Below, in pieces: positions 43,000 to 57,415 of a stretch of 64,000 nt of DNA. Every line of letters begins with the position of its first letter. Positions within the stretch are counted from its first letter, which is position 1. This DNA comes from Octopus vulgaris (Eukaryota), in contig OX597819.1 of NCBI GenBank assembly GCA_951406725.2, positions 69,812,001 to 69,876,000 on the forward strand. The letters are read 5' to 3'. Position numbers and translations under genes: made by a program. The notes under the pieces were generated by a model that was not told the origin of the DNA, made no database searches, and saw nothing but the letters and a program-made list of their open reading frames with translations.

Positions 43000-43438
43000 T
43001 TAAGTGCACTTCCCGTTCGATTTTTGAGGCGATTCGGTCTGCAAAATAATTCTCTCATTTTGAGCTATTTTTTGACACCATTTTCAACAGAGAACTCCTT
43101 AAAAACACTCAAAACTGCTAGAATTTGCATTTTGCAAGCTAGAGAATTCAAACTTGCTCCAATCGATTAAGGAAATTTTTCTACGTATATGCTCATATTT
43201 TGCTTTTGAAAATCTCAAAAATTGAACGTGTTTTCGCCCCATTTTTCCGTTGCATTTGCTCAAACACGCGCACAGTCACGCGTAGAATCCAACATGTTGC
43301 GTGAACACAACTCAAGGCAATAGTGTATGACATCCACTCACTCGCAGAAAATGCATTGTTTCTGGCCTTTGTTATCAAGATAGATACTTGAAACCTACAC
43401 TGGCCGTAACTACACCACGCCTTCTATAGGTGTGTACA

Positions 43439-44120
43439 TTTTCAGCTCGATCCTAGCACGTCTAGTGCTATTGAATCCTTACCAAAGCCAAAGTGTGCAA
43501 GTTTTTTTCCTCTTTTATATAGGTAGACAAGAGGAGAGACCACTCAGTGGATCCCTTATATGCTAAAAATAATATTAATTTCTACTCTTATCTTTTATGA
43601 TGCTTTGCTACCTTTCATACTATCAGGTTTGTTGAAATTATTCTTAAAATTATTAATTGCTTTTTTAACTACTTTTTTTTTTCTTTATGTTCGATTGAAT
43701 TAACATCCAACTCTCGCGCTCGTATGCACGCACACACACACAAGCACACACACACATACGCACACACGCACGCACATGCACACACTTACTCACGCACACA
43801 CGCATGCAAACGCACATATTATTTCGCAACAGATAAGTAATCTTGATATTTATGTCCAGTCGTTACTTGTAAGTGTAATCATTGAAACTACTGAGTTGTT
43901 TCCCTTACAACGTATCTATTTTTGAATGTTGAAATATTTTTTAAATCACTCTTTTTGCCATAGCAACCACATCTTTATAGCTTTTAACCATCGCGGATCG
44001 CATCCACACCACGCATTTAGTATCCCTGCCAATTTTCAGCTCGATCCTAGCACGTCTAGTGCCATTGAATCCTTACCAAAGCCAAAGTGTGCAAGTTTTT
44101 TCCTCTTTTATATAGGTAGA
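43439..44120. repeat. About 88-bp direct repeat (43439-43527 / 44033-44120), possibly Helitron-like ends
   Basis: ttttcagctcgatcctagcacgtctagtgc...ccaaagccaaagtgtgcaag...ttttatataggtaga occurs twice. Confidence 0.75.
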
Positions 44121-44139
44121 AAACGGCGAAGCACTTAAA

Positions 44140-44340
44140 ACACTAACTGCTTTCTGATTGACAAAACACCAACCGAAATCCTTCTTCTTGGAAAGAAGAC
44201 GCAAGCTTGAGGACCATTGGACAAAGTGCATCGAAAAGGAAGGAGACTATATAAAAAAAGGGAAGTGCTCGTTTATTCCCTGCTTTTGTGTAAATACATT
44301 GAAAAACAAGAGAGCGTATAATTTTTGTCTTCCCTCGTAT
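44140..44340 (+). mobile_element. Mariner 3' fragment
   Basis: HWTKCIEKEGDYIKK and terminal ccctcgta. Confidence 0.75.
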
Positions 44341-44434
44341 TACCAATTGAAATCTGTGCTACTGTAGATCTATTTTCTGATTATGTATCATGTATGTATG
44401 AATGTGTATCTCTCTCTCTCTCTCTACATATATA

Positions 44435-44476
<42 letters not shown>

Positions 44477-44500
44477 GTATATATATACACACACACACAT

Positions 44501-44562
<62 letters not shown>

Positions 44563-44564
<2 letters not shown>

Positions 44565-45063
44565 TACACGCTAGGCCACTGGTAATGGAAATTTCTAATA
44601 TTTCTGATTACCTTTTCATATTATTAATTATTGATAATTTTTTCTGGATAATTTTCGAATTGAAAAGACGGCATTTTATATTTACCGCCGACAAGGTAGA
44701 TTTGGAAAATAATATAGTTTAAGCACGGGGCATATAATGTATATATATTTAATCTAAGGTGTACCTGCTGAAGAAAATTCGACTAGCAAATTTATTTTAT
44801 TTGCTAAAATAAGTCTGAAACCATTGGTCAGGGAGTTAGATGATAAATGTTTTTATTCTTCATTCCCTTCGAAATTTTATCACTAATAGTGGTTTGGAAT
44901 TTAACTGTTCTCTCTGGCGTACAAGGAGCGCTATGATGGATGCCTCTTATGTGTTTAAATCTACACTCTATTTATATGAATAATATATAGTCTATTGAAT
45001 AAATCTTTATACGCTAGGCTACTGGTAATGGAAATTTCAAATATTTCTGATTACCCTTTGGTA

Positions 45064-45070
<7 letters not shown>
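44563..45070 (+). mobile_element. 443-bp-period partial tandem element with a hammerhead-like motif, embedded in (TA)n
   Basis: About 65-bp direct repeats at 44563-44630 and 45006-45070. HHR-like cctg-CTGAAGA-[hairpin]-GAAACCATTGGT-cagg at 44764-44832. Confidence 0.6.
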
Positions 45071-45115
<45 letters not shown>

Positions 45116-45204
45116 AATTACAATTATAGTTAGAAGTATTATTTTAAAATATTATTTGAAAAGCAATGCAGTTTTGACTTTGCTCCAATAAAGTTGAAGA
45201 CGTT

Positions 45205-45430
45205 TACTTGTTTCAGTCATTTGACTGCAACCATGCTTGAGCACCGCCTTTAGTCAAACAAATCGACCCAATGACTTATTCTTTGTAAACCTAGTACTTA
45301 TTCTACTATTACTTTTGTCGAACCCCTAATTTACAGGGATGTAAATACACCATCACACCATCACACCATCGCACCAGCACACCAGCACACCAGCATCGTG
45401 GGGAGAACAAACACGGACACACAAATACAC
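45205..45430 (-). mobile_element. SINE family A, 3' half
   Basis: tttacttgtttcagtcatttgactgc...gcaccgcctttagtc... Confidence 0.8.
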
Positions 45431-45461
45431 AGACACACACGCACACACACACACACACGCA

Positions 45462-45528
<67 letters not shown>

Positions 45529-45544
45529 ATACATATATATATAC

Positions 45545-45619
<75 letters not shown>

Positions 45620-45622
<3 letters not shown>

Positions 45623-45927
45623 TGGCACTCCGTCGGTTACGACAACGAGGGTGTCAAATGATCCGATCAACAGAACAGCCTGCTCGTGAAATTAACGTGC
45701 AAGTGGCTGAACAATGTACAGAAACGTGTACCCTTAACGTAGTTCTCGGGGGAGATTCGGTGTGACACAGTGAGTGACAAGGTTGGCCCTTCACCACCAC
45801 CTCTGCCGTAGCCCCGTGGAGCTTTAGGTGTTTTCACTCAATAAACACTCACAACTCCCGGTGTGGGAATCGAATCAGCGATCCCACGACCGCGAGTACG
45901 CTGCCCTAACCATTGGGTCATTGCGCC
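45620..45927 (-). mobile_element. SINE family C
   Basis: Reverse complement of 31947-32313 with an internal deletion; the 3' end runs into (TA)n. Confidence 0.85.
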
Positions 45928-45934
45928 AGTTTTT

Positions 45935-46354
45935 GCTCTTTTACTCTTTTACTCTTTTACTTGTTTCAGTCATTTGACTGCGGCCATGCTGGAGCACCAC
46001 CTTTAATCGAGCAACTCGACCCCAGGACTTATTCATTTGTAAGCCCTGTACTTATTCTATCGGTCTCTTTTGCCGAACCGCTAAGTAACGGGGACATAAA
46101 CACATCAGCATCGGTTGTCAAGCGATGCTAGGGGGACAAACACAGACACATAAAAACACACACACGCATATATATATATATGCATATATACGACGGGCTT
46201 CTTTCAGTTTCCGTCTACCAAATCCACTCACAAGGCTTTGGTCGGCCCGGGGCTATAGTAGAAGACACTTGCCCAAGATGCCACGCAGTGGGACTGAACC
46301 CGGAACCACGTGGCTGGTAAACAAGCTACTTACCACACAGCCACTCCTGCGCCT
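45935..46354 (-). mobile_element. Full-length SINE family A (tRNA head, CORE-like domain, short-repeat tail)
   Basis: Minus strand: GGCGCAGGAGTGGCTGTGTGG (A box), GGTTCAGTCCC (B box), CTTGGGCAAGTGTCTTCTAC (CORE-like), tail (GTAAAAGA)n. Confidence 0.9.
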
Positions 46355-46394
46355 ATTTATGTATACATATATACATATATACATATATATATAC

Positions 46395-46506
<112 letters not shown>

Positions 46507-46990
46507 TTATATACAAATAAACTGGCTGATCTGATGATTGGGGAACAAACCACATTGGAAGACAATGACGCGTAAGAAAAAGGAGGAACTCAGATATATA
46601 TGAAACTAAAAGTCTATCTTGAAATACATAAGTGAATAAATGAATAAAGAATAAGGAATTAAACAAAAGCGAGCAAATAAATAGAATAGAAAACGTAGCG
46701 AAATACGAAAACTAATCAAAGAAGGACATAAATCTAGTCAAAGCATAGGAATTCTTCTACAGATTGAAGCCAAATTGAAACAGTGGAATTGTTGCAAGAG
46801 TAACGTGATTTTTTAAATTAGATTATTCAAATAAAAGACAATATTATGCTTAAGGAACGCAACCGTGTAGAGACACACGCATATCTGGTAAATATATGGG
46901 GACGTGAAATTGAAATATATGAGGTAAATATATAAATGTAAATGTTTTGATTAAGCATAGATAAATAAATCTATGCAAATATATGTGCGC

Positions 46991-47068
<78 letters not shown>

Positions 47069-47160
47069 GTTTGTGTGTGCGTCTGTGAGTGTTGTGACGT
47101 GTGTCTGTGATATGTGTGAATATGCACATATATCATATATATATATATATATATTTATAC

Positions 47161-47195
<35 letters not shown>

Positions 47196-47223
47196 AATAT
47201 ATGTATATATGCGTGTAGTTATG

Positions 47224-47321
<98 letters not shown>

Positions 47322-48364
47322 TGTATGTATATATATATACGCACAGATGTATGTAATTATATATATGTTTGTGTGCATGTGTTTGAATGTTCGATTATTT
47401 TTTTCTTTTAGTCACCCAGATTATTACCCGGATATTAAGCTCCATTATGCTCTCTAAAATCCAAGTTCACAAATTTTTAGCGATTAACATCAGTTTGCTA
47501 GTTTTTTTTTTGTTTTCTTACAGTCTTCAGATCTTGGTGAAACGAAAGATTAATGCGGTCATTGACGTAAACAATTCTCTTTGGCTGTCATTTGGGAGTT
47601 TCAAAATGTGTCTTGTTAACAAAATATGATTTGCGTTACTTAAGCTTGCAGTCAAGTTAGAAATGTGGTTAAATGAACTAATTCTATGTCTTCGCCATCG
47701 TAAAAGTTACAGATGGTACCCTGAGACTTCTATTCCTAACACTTTATTCCATTTTAGGATTTCTTATCTTTACAGAGTTTCATGATGCCTGAGACGCAGA
47801 GACATCACTGAGATTTTTATGTATTTTACCTTGTTTCAGTTTGGACTGCGACCATGCTAGGACACTGCTGTAAAGTGTATTGTCGAACAAATTGATATCC
47901 AGTATTTATATTTTCAGTTTTTAATTGTTCTGTCGGTGTCTTTTGTCGAACTGATAGATTACAAGTGAGGGGGGAATGAATGTATGCTCTTAGGCGCACG
48001 CACGTAGGTATGCGGGCGCACGCACGTAGGTGTGCGGGCGCACATGTGTAGGTATGAACAGGCGCGCTTACGCGAATACTATGACCTTTTTTACCCCCTT
48101 ACTTAGCGGTCATTCAAACAGCTCTTTTGTCTTAATAACGGTCAATCACATAGTAATTTCCCTTGGTATAACGATCATTTTTCATAACATTTTTCCGATG
48201 GGCGGATAACTGAAAAGATAGGCGGCGTGGATTTCCACCTCGGCATCCGAAACTCGGAGTTTTATCATGGCTACAGAAAAATTGTCACATTACGTTTACA
48301 GATAAATTCTTCTATTTACAAAATATCGAGGTCTCTTTCTTTCTTTTGTTGTCTTACTATTTTT

Positions 48365-48438
<74 letters not shown>

Positions 48439-48544
48439 TCTGTGTATGTGCCTTATCTATCTATATATATATGCTGTGTGTATGTATACGTATATATATG
48501 ATATATACGTATATATATATATAGGATATATATATATATATATA

Positions 48545-48705
48545 TAGGACGTGCTTCTTTCAGTTTCCTTCGACCAGATCTATTCACAAGGCTTTGGTCA
48601 ACCAGAAGCTATAGTAGAAGGCATTCGAGCAAGGTGCCACGCAGTGGGACTGAACCCGGAACCATGAGGTTAGGAAGCAAAATTTTTGCCACGCAGCCAC
48701 GCCTG
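48545..48705 (-). mobile_element. SINE family A, 5' half
   Basis: ggtgccacgcagtgggactgaacccggaacc. Confidence 0.8.
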
Positions 48706-48742
48706 CTGTACATATATATGCGCGCACGCGCGTGTGTGTGTA

Positions 48743-48818
<76 letters not shown>

Positions 48819-48820
48819 GC

Positions 48821-48906
<86 letters not shown>

Positions 48907-49363
48907 AATGTATATATGTGTGTATGTATGAGTGTGTATCTGTGTATGCGCGTATGCATGTGCCAATGTGTGTATGCATCTGCGTATCTAAGCGAATGTG
49001 CGCTTGTGTTTGTTTAGATGTATTATATTCACACATACATACTCTCATACATAAATTTCTATAAATATACCCGTTGTTATCGCTAGAAACAATTCTGGCA
49101 CAAAACTTGGTAAACAATATATTTGGAAAAATCATCCTTTGTTCTTTGTAATTTCCTCTTTAATTGTCTTCTCTTCTTTTCTTTTCTCTTTCAGTTTCTC
49201 GTTCTCGAAAATTCGTTTTCAAAAGACGTTAAGGCTTTATGAAAGCCATTTTTCATATTTTTCTCGTTACGTCACCTTGCTGTTTATGTCCACGATGTTC
49301 AACTAATTTTATGGTTTGCATTTTTAATTTTTTTTACTTTTGCGCTTGTTATGCCGTAGCTTC

Positions 49364-49430
<67 letters not shown>

Positions 49431-49803
49431 GGTTTTATGTTGTTTGTTTTGTAATTTTACAGAATTTGTTTATCGATGTATAAAATATTTTGATAAAACG
49501 TGTATATGAGCTTAAGTTGTTTTTATTACTGTTTACGTCGAGATTAACCTTGTTGGAGCAGATCTCTGATCGTTTTCGTTCCAATCTTGTCCGTTCATCC
49601 TTGTTTTGTTTTTGTTTTTTGTATCACAGGAATGGTATATCTAGGTATACAAAATTTAATGCATCATTCCCACTTTTAAGACTGTTGGTAGCGATTTGAA
49701 GAAGACTTGGTATGGTTGCTAATCTTAGCAGATCGTGCATAGACTGAACAGAAATAGACACCAATCACTGTCAGCATTATAAAATACCAGATAACTGAAT
49801 GTA

Positions 49804-50374
49804 TTGGGTTGTCCAGAAAGTTCGTGCCGATTTTTAAAGGAAATAAAAGGTCAATAAATACTTGCCATTACATTCTTAATCAACCAAATATGAACCATTT
49901 TGTTGCACAATGCGTCTCCACCTTTCCTTTAACTTGAAAATACCCTCTCCCAGAACTGAGGTGGTTTTACGGCAGAGAATTCATCAAAGTATCTTTTTAC
50001 GTCATCCAAGGAATTGAAATTTTTACCATTAAGACTATTCTACAGAGACCTGATTAAGTGGAAAATCCGAAGGAGCAACATCTGGTGAATATGGAGGGTG
50101 GGGTAACACATCCCAACCGAGCTGCAGAAATTTTTGTCTGATTCCCAAAGCATCAAATGCCGAAAATAAACTTTCTTATCTTCCATTTTAAAGGGTTACA
50201 GAATTAACACAGGTTATAGGAACATAAACCTTCTTCCATGAAAAGATAGCTCTAAATGCTGGTGTGCTCTAAATGGTGGTGTAGTCAAATCCTATTTTAT
50301 CGACTCAACCATATTCTAAAATAAGTCGAAAGGTAAGCTACTATAAATCGGCACAAACTTTCCGGACAACCCAA
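49804..50374 (-). mobile_element. Second copy of the non-autonomous mariner, opposite orientation
   Basis: Same TIRs, TA TSD and internal deletion as 19217-19781. Confidence 0.92.
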
Positions 50375-50519
50375 TAAAAAATGTATGGGACTTGCTTATG
50401 AAATCTTATGCTAAACATCGTCGTTATGTTTCGGCTGTTTTCTGGATAGAATCCCTATTGTTCGTGTTTGCCTATTTGTACTTGCGGTGGCATTTACCCG
50501 TGATGAGTTCAGCAGGCTC

Positions 50520-51130
50520 CGAGGAACGAGTTCACCAAGTCATTCACGATTTCTGACTACACCCGACGGTCGTCCAGAACCTAGCTGTAAGCCCATAGAC
50601 GCCTCTTGAAGTCTATAGACGCAGATAGGAGCCGATTGTACTTCCGTGTCCGCCTTTACAGCCGCCAGCCGCGTTTTCAGTTGTTTTCCAGCTTCTTTGC
50701 GCCAGCCTGAGAGGGGAACCGGGTTGGCACCCTTGCGAATGAATTCTGCTGGAGGCTGACGGAGTGTATAGCAAAGCCATTTTAGACGTCTTATGAGTAG
50801 TGTTTGTTTCAGAAAGTCGATGCAGCTGTGTGGAATTTCGGTATTCGAGATGAAGTCTAATGAGCGAAGAGGCGGAATTCGACGTAGAAAGTAGTGGTCG
50901 GATATTTAAAGTCTTTGGACATCTTCAGATTTAATTGGCCAGGATTCGCACCCATAAACAAGGATGGCCCAGATAGACACTTGGAAAATATGCACTTTCT
51001 TGTGCCTCTCATTCAGCTTAGGACAATGAGAGACCGCATAATCATAGAATCCTGTGCTCTACATTGCTGCAGTTCACAACCTCACGTGATGTTTAAGCTT
51101 CGGTTCAGAATCGGACAATGTGTGCTCTAA
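50520..51130 (-). mobile_element. Decayed RTE-like LINE 3' fragment
   Basis: Minus frame RLKWLCYTLRQPP...GWRKEAGKQLKTRL..VKAD resembles RTE C-termini. Confidence 0.55.
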
Positions 51131-51314
51131 TTATTTCAGGAATACCAGGACTTATCTACGAGGGATGCACCAAAAGCCTAAAGCAACCTACTAATACAGT
51201 AGCCTCAAAGCACCGAATATATTTCCTTCTTCTATAAGCAATCCCTGCCATTTACAACTCATTTTCTCCACTCACAAATAATCAAAGGCTCGAGAAGAAA
51301 TATAAAATATTAGA

Positions 51315-51495
51315 CGGCAGTCTGGCGAAATACATAGTGACTTTTCGTCCGTCTAAGTTCAAATTCTGCCGGGGTCAATTTTGCCTTTCGTGCTTTCGGA
51401 GTCAATAAAACAAGAACTAGTTGAACAGTCAGGTCGATGAAATGGACTTTCTCCCTCCTTCGAAATAGCTGGCTTTGAGCTAAAAATTGAAATCA
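51315..51495 (+). mobile_element. SINE family B (diverged)
   Basis: agttcaaattctgccggggtcaattttgcctttc... Confidence 0.7.
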
Positions 51496-51542
51496 ATGTA
51501 CACACACACACACACATACATGCATACATATATATATACATA

Positions 51543-51622
<80 letters not shown>

Positions 51623-52022
51623 TGTATGCACCATCGGAAAGACCAAAACAAACGAGCTTTGGTGACTTATTTGACTACAATGCCAGTTTCCTGTGTCTCC
51701 AAAGGTGTTTTACGAGACGCCATATTGTTAGTTTTATGCAGGCAAGATTTCCACACGTGTCTAAGCACATCATCTTCATCATCTTTACCACCGACATCAG
51801 TATTATAACAACCCATTTATTTCTAAGTCCTAGAACTCATATGTTCAGTTATTCGATTTCCATGGCGTACAAGTGACCGAGATTTCAACTTGCCGCCTGA
51901 ACGGGACACCAGTTTATTGCAGTGTGAATTTGCTACGGTTGAGCGGACTGGAAAAACGCGAGGTGAAGATTTTTAATCCATGAATACAACGCTTCACTCG
52001 GTCCGGGAAGCGGAACTTTTTG

Positions 52023-52641
52023 CCCACGAAAGTTCCGGACACCAGTTATGAACTCATTTGCATACAGCCAATCAGAGCTCAACTATCAAACTAGTCACGA
52101 AAATACTCTAGTTGAGTTCACTGGAAAATGTGCGTTATAGCAAAATCTAGCTTTTCTAAACGGGTTAATAGGGGTGACAAATATGAAATTTAGTGTATAA
52201 AGTCAATGAGGAGCTTCTCACAGATGATGCCATAAGTGTTGCCAATTTGCGTAATTTACTAGAAAATATAAATGTGTGTAGTTTCCTGATTTTTGTATAT
52301 TCCTAATATAAAATGTTAGTGTTGATCTGGAAACATCGTAATCAATATGGCGTTATGTCGTATTGCGCCCTCCTTGCATATATCAATGGGTACATGTAGT
52401 ATCACTAATCTCAGTCTGAGCATTGGTACCTAATATTAGCTCCATGGTGCTCAACTGATCTATGAGGATGGTGGGGTAAGTGCTTATGTGAGACCTTCTG
52501 TGCTGTACTCACAGAGTGACATACACCATTCTATGCCTGACTGGCTCTACTGTAGTAGTACACAGTATGTGGATTTTCAAGGTGAGCTCTGACTGGTTGT
52601 ATGCAAATCAGTTCATTACTGATGTCCGGGACTCTCGCAGG
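52023..52641. mobile_element. MITE-like element with about 59-bp TIRs, inserted in a SINE
   Basis: cccacgaaagttccggacaccagttatgaactcatttgcatacagccaatcagagctca versus its reverse complement at 52583-52641. Confidence 0.8.
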
Positions 52642-53759
52642 AAAAAAAAATTATGCGTCCGGGAATTGAAACTACGGTCGTAAAATTGTAATTACAACGC
52701 TCTAACCACTGCGCACACAGAACACAAAACGGTGGGACAAACACTGCTAAGCATTTGCTCTGGTATTATAATAATTCGTGTAACGATCTGATCTGGACAG
52801 TACTTGGTTTCATTAATCAAAACAAAACAGAGATCGGAGAAATTCGAACTCGGCACCTACAGAGCCGCCACAAATACTGCGAAACAGTCAGTCGCCCCAA
52901 TGATTTTGTCCATTCACTGATTTTATGTTTAATCGTAAATAAAATCGTTGTTTCAAATTTCTGGCTTTAAGCCTGCAGCAGACATTATTAAATTTATAAT
53001 GATGAATAGCCACTTGGTTGTGACTGTAAAGCACCGAGGCAAGAAAAAGTGATTATATTATTTCCATCGACTACTTTCTAAATTCAAATTCTGTCACGTC
53101 AGCAGGTCGATTAAATAAGTACCAGAATGATAACTTTATTGATTTCAATCACGTTTGCCCCTCCTGGGCAGAAATTGATCACATATTAAAGAGAAATCAA
53201 TACCGGAGAAAGTTTGACAGAAACGAGAGGACGTCAGACTAAACACAATACTCTATTTTCTCCATTTTATCTTTTTACATTCAAACCCTCTTTTTTTCAC
53301 CCTGGTATCAATAATATTAATATTAATAACATTCTGAATTCGATGCACTCGGCAATATCCAGCTACTTCAAAAATTATCCACGTACCTGGGTATGAAATC
53401 AATATTACATTTATATCGATTTCACATTATTTCTTTATATTCCATCTTGTTGCTTGTATCGATTAAACAATAATCGGATGATTAAGATATGAATTATCAA
53501 AGAATACGTTTTCGAATTGCATTCTTTTAACAAGAACTATCAAAGAATACATTAAACAATAAGAAACACAGGAGCCCTTTCTAGTTACAGTCGCAATCTT
53601 CAACATAAATAAAATATATTAAAATTTAGATTAACATAAAACTGGAATTAATAATAATGTTAAGCTTAATTGACACAAGGGCGCATTATTTTCTTAGGTG
53701 GAATCATATTGTATAAAATCAAACCTAATCGTTGACTGATACACTAAGAGCAAACGACA

Positions 53760-54055
53760 CTGCCGAACGCAAACCATTTGTAACATGCAACTGAGGAACA
53801 CAGAAAATCAGCTGAACTCGAACGAACGTGTCAGTACTTGGGGAGATGGGAACAGAAAGGGACGTTTTGACGACAGTTGCAGTATTTAGGTCATGTCATC
53901 AGGGCTCAGAAACTGAGCATTCACATCCTAGAGGGAGGAGTTAATGGGAAACGAGGAAGGGCGAGACCGAGAAAATATTGGATTGATGGCACGAACGAAT
54001 GGACCAAAATACTTCAAGCTGAATGCTCAACAATGAACAGAGGTATCAATCAATA
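53760..54055 (+). mobile_element. RTE/BovB-like LINE 3' fragment ending at (GA)n
   Basis: LQYLGHVIRAQKLSIHILEGGVNGKRGRARPRKYWID. Confidence 0.75.
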
Positions 54056-54061
54056 GAGAGT

Positions 54062-54113
<52 letters not shown>

Positions 54114-57083
54114 GCATGCGTCAAGGGTCTTGGATCCTCAGAAATGAGAATGAGATTAGACAAACAAAATTGCGTCATGATCTCTGAACAACAGATGTGG
54201 AGGGCAAAGAAAACCTCGGGTTTTCTTTGCTCTCTAGCCCAGAACGTAAAGAAATGAAGCTAAATACCGAAAGTTATTTTAAATCGTTCCCTCCTCTGCT
54301 TCTACTCCAAACAATTTCTTATCATTTTTATCTGTACTGAAGTTGTGGATGACGAAAGTGTGTATTTGTGGTCATATGCATGACTCATATTAACATTAGT
54401 TTATTGTAAATAGTTATTTTGTATTGTTTTAAATTATATGAAACCCTACCACCTCACATAACTCGGGTCAACCGAATGACACAAATACTCAAACTTATGC
54501 ACTAGGAATCCGAGTGCATGCTGGGAATCCTAGAGTCTCTAACGTCTTCCATAACTAAATCTCTTGACCTGAGGTCATTCAATATATGGCTTTGCTTTTA
54601 AACAATGTTAACTCAAATACCTTTACACAGCCAGCCATCATAAAAGCCACAGTCGAAGATTAGAGAAAGCGGTGATTTGGGAATTTAACCAGAGCTATTT
54701 CATACCACACCATGAGTCCTTCATCCTTTGAAAAAGTTGTACATACGACGTGTTCTGGGTATTTTAGATCTGGTGGAAACATCCGACGCTGGGACTGATT
54801 TCAATTCAAATAATACAAGTTTTGTTGACGTAAACCACCACCAGTCTCTTTAGATTCTGGTTTATCTAATTCTCCGTAAAATGATGAATTACTGTTCAAT
54901 AACCAAAGCCATGCTTCAATACTGTAGAAAGTAAACAAAGTGTTTAAGCACGGCATGGATTTATTACCAGAATGCATTTAATGGGAATTCCCACATATGG
55001 ATCATTTGTCATTTTTAATGAAGACTTAATAATAATTATAATCAGATTCATCAAACATAACATGCGCATGTCTGAAACAGTAATGCAGATACAACCGAAA
55101 GAGGAAATTAAAACAACTAATACCATCTCTATCAAAAGAATATTCCAAAACGAATCTTCTCTGCTGTTTTCTGTTTGTGTTTCTTTCTGCCGGTAAAATC
55201 ATTAAACATATATTTAAATCAGACAGAAATCTGACACATATATTGTATGTATGATATGGGAGGACACTTACCAATTTTTCTGTATGGATAACCTCACGTT
55301 CTTCGTGACGTATGATAAGTAGAAACTCTACCACAGACAGAACATGGCATTGTTCGATTCAGTGGTATAAAATTTGGATTGGTTAAACGCGCTAAGGCGA
55401 TCTTAAAACGCGGAAAATAAATTAAAAACACAATTATGTTAGATAAAGAAATGCAAATAACAGATTTAGTCATAAGACAGGCTTATAAATATTTAGAAAC
55501 CAAATGCAAATATTCAGAAATGTTCTAGGCAGAGTTGAATACACGCAGCCGTAGCGGGGAAAGAAGAAGGAATAGAGAAACAAAGCATTCTCCCAGATCC
55601 CAATGCCAGCTAACAGCCGCATTGTTAGTAAGGGACCATTTTGCAACACGGTTAAGAAAATTTCGTGGACGGCAGCATCTTACAATATTACATCAGTTTA
55701 TGCTGTAAGTCATACTGGAAAAGCTTCATCTGAGAGTAAAAATTCCATTCCCAGTCTGAACATCACGCATCGTAGAATTTCTTTCGGCGTAATTCCTTCG
55801 GCAAAACCAGTAAATAAAGTAAGACTATTCGCTCCTTTTGCCAAAGGGTATTGATGGTATGCTCTTAACCATAGACCCAACCGGATTCGTTTCACACGAG
55901 TCATAGACTTCATCGGATCCGTTTCGCACAAATCTTCAACTCACCAATGCACGATCACAGAATGACTGTGTTAAATGGTTTCAACACCTTTCACGCGTTT
56001 CAGACAAGTTTAGTTGCTAATGACAGTAACCTAGCCATGCAAGTAGATCTGATACCAAACATACAATTCCTCCCGTAGTACATGTAAAAAAACCAATATA
56101 TTTGAAAAACCTCCATATTACTTGATTTGAAAACCTTCCAGATGGCGCTACTCATAATGTTCTCTTTGAGACCCAGAATTGCTATCAAACCATCACTCAT
56201 AACCTCTACTAAACCTTGATCTAATGCGTTAAGCTAATCACATGGTCCAGCTGGTTAGTACCTGGCAAAATTCGTGATACTAAAGACCCTACCTCGATGT
56301 GGGCTTCATTCAAGACTGCAGTTAGGTCAAAGAGTTAAACAACAAAAGTCGTGTTGCCCGAACGATGGCCACAAAAGTTTACTGAAGTCAAGGTCCAGGA
56401 AATAGTGATATGTGTCAACATCAGCACATGGCTGTTCTGAGAACTGCTGCATAAAAGCCATTGACACTGCTTTGAAATCAAGTAGAGCGTGACTGAAGTG
56501 GTCTGTCAAGTGTCAGGCGGCGCTTCTACCAAACGGACCCATCGAATGGTCTTCACTGCCTCCTTTGAAAAGCATGAACCGGAGCGCACACAAAAGCTTC
56601 TATTGTGCATTGCATCATCGAAGTTATCAAGAATCTTTCTCACTGCAAACACGTTGCAATCGATTATCTTTTCTCTTCGATTCAACTAAGGGATCGATTA
56701 GCTCCTTCTTTAATCTACTGTTCAATAATTAAAATTGTAGCCGTCAAAACCGGCTTCGATAATTCGTCAGTCTGTTACCAGAAATATTTCCTAACCGAGA
56801 AATACTTATTCAGTTTTCATAATTCTCGACCCTCATCAAAAGTTAGTAACATAATCTTGTATGTTATGCTGTCGGTACCGGTTCCGCTGCAGTAGCAATT
56901 CTCTAACGTCGATTTTTACAGCTGTTTTCACGTCCAATACAGCTAATAATTCTCTCTCTCTCCCCTCACCTCTCTCCTTTCTCTCGTCTCTCATTCCCTC
57001 AATAGATAGACTGATACATACATACATATGTACATACGTATATTATGCTCATGGATTTGCCTAAATATATATGTATATATATA

Positions 57084-57171
<88 letters not shown>

Positions 57172-57384
57172 TATGTATATATATGTATGTATGTGTATGC
57201 GTCTTGGTGTGCATATATATATGCATATACAGTACATGTATATATACATACGTTCATACGCACACAATTATATACAACTATATACATACACATATTTGAA
57301 TGTACTGTAGATATGTATGTATATGTGTGTGTATGTGTGTGTATATACATATATATATATATATATCACTATAAATGTAAATGA

Positions 57385-57415
<31 letters not shown>

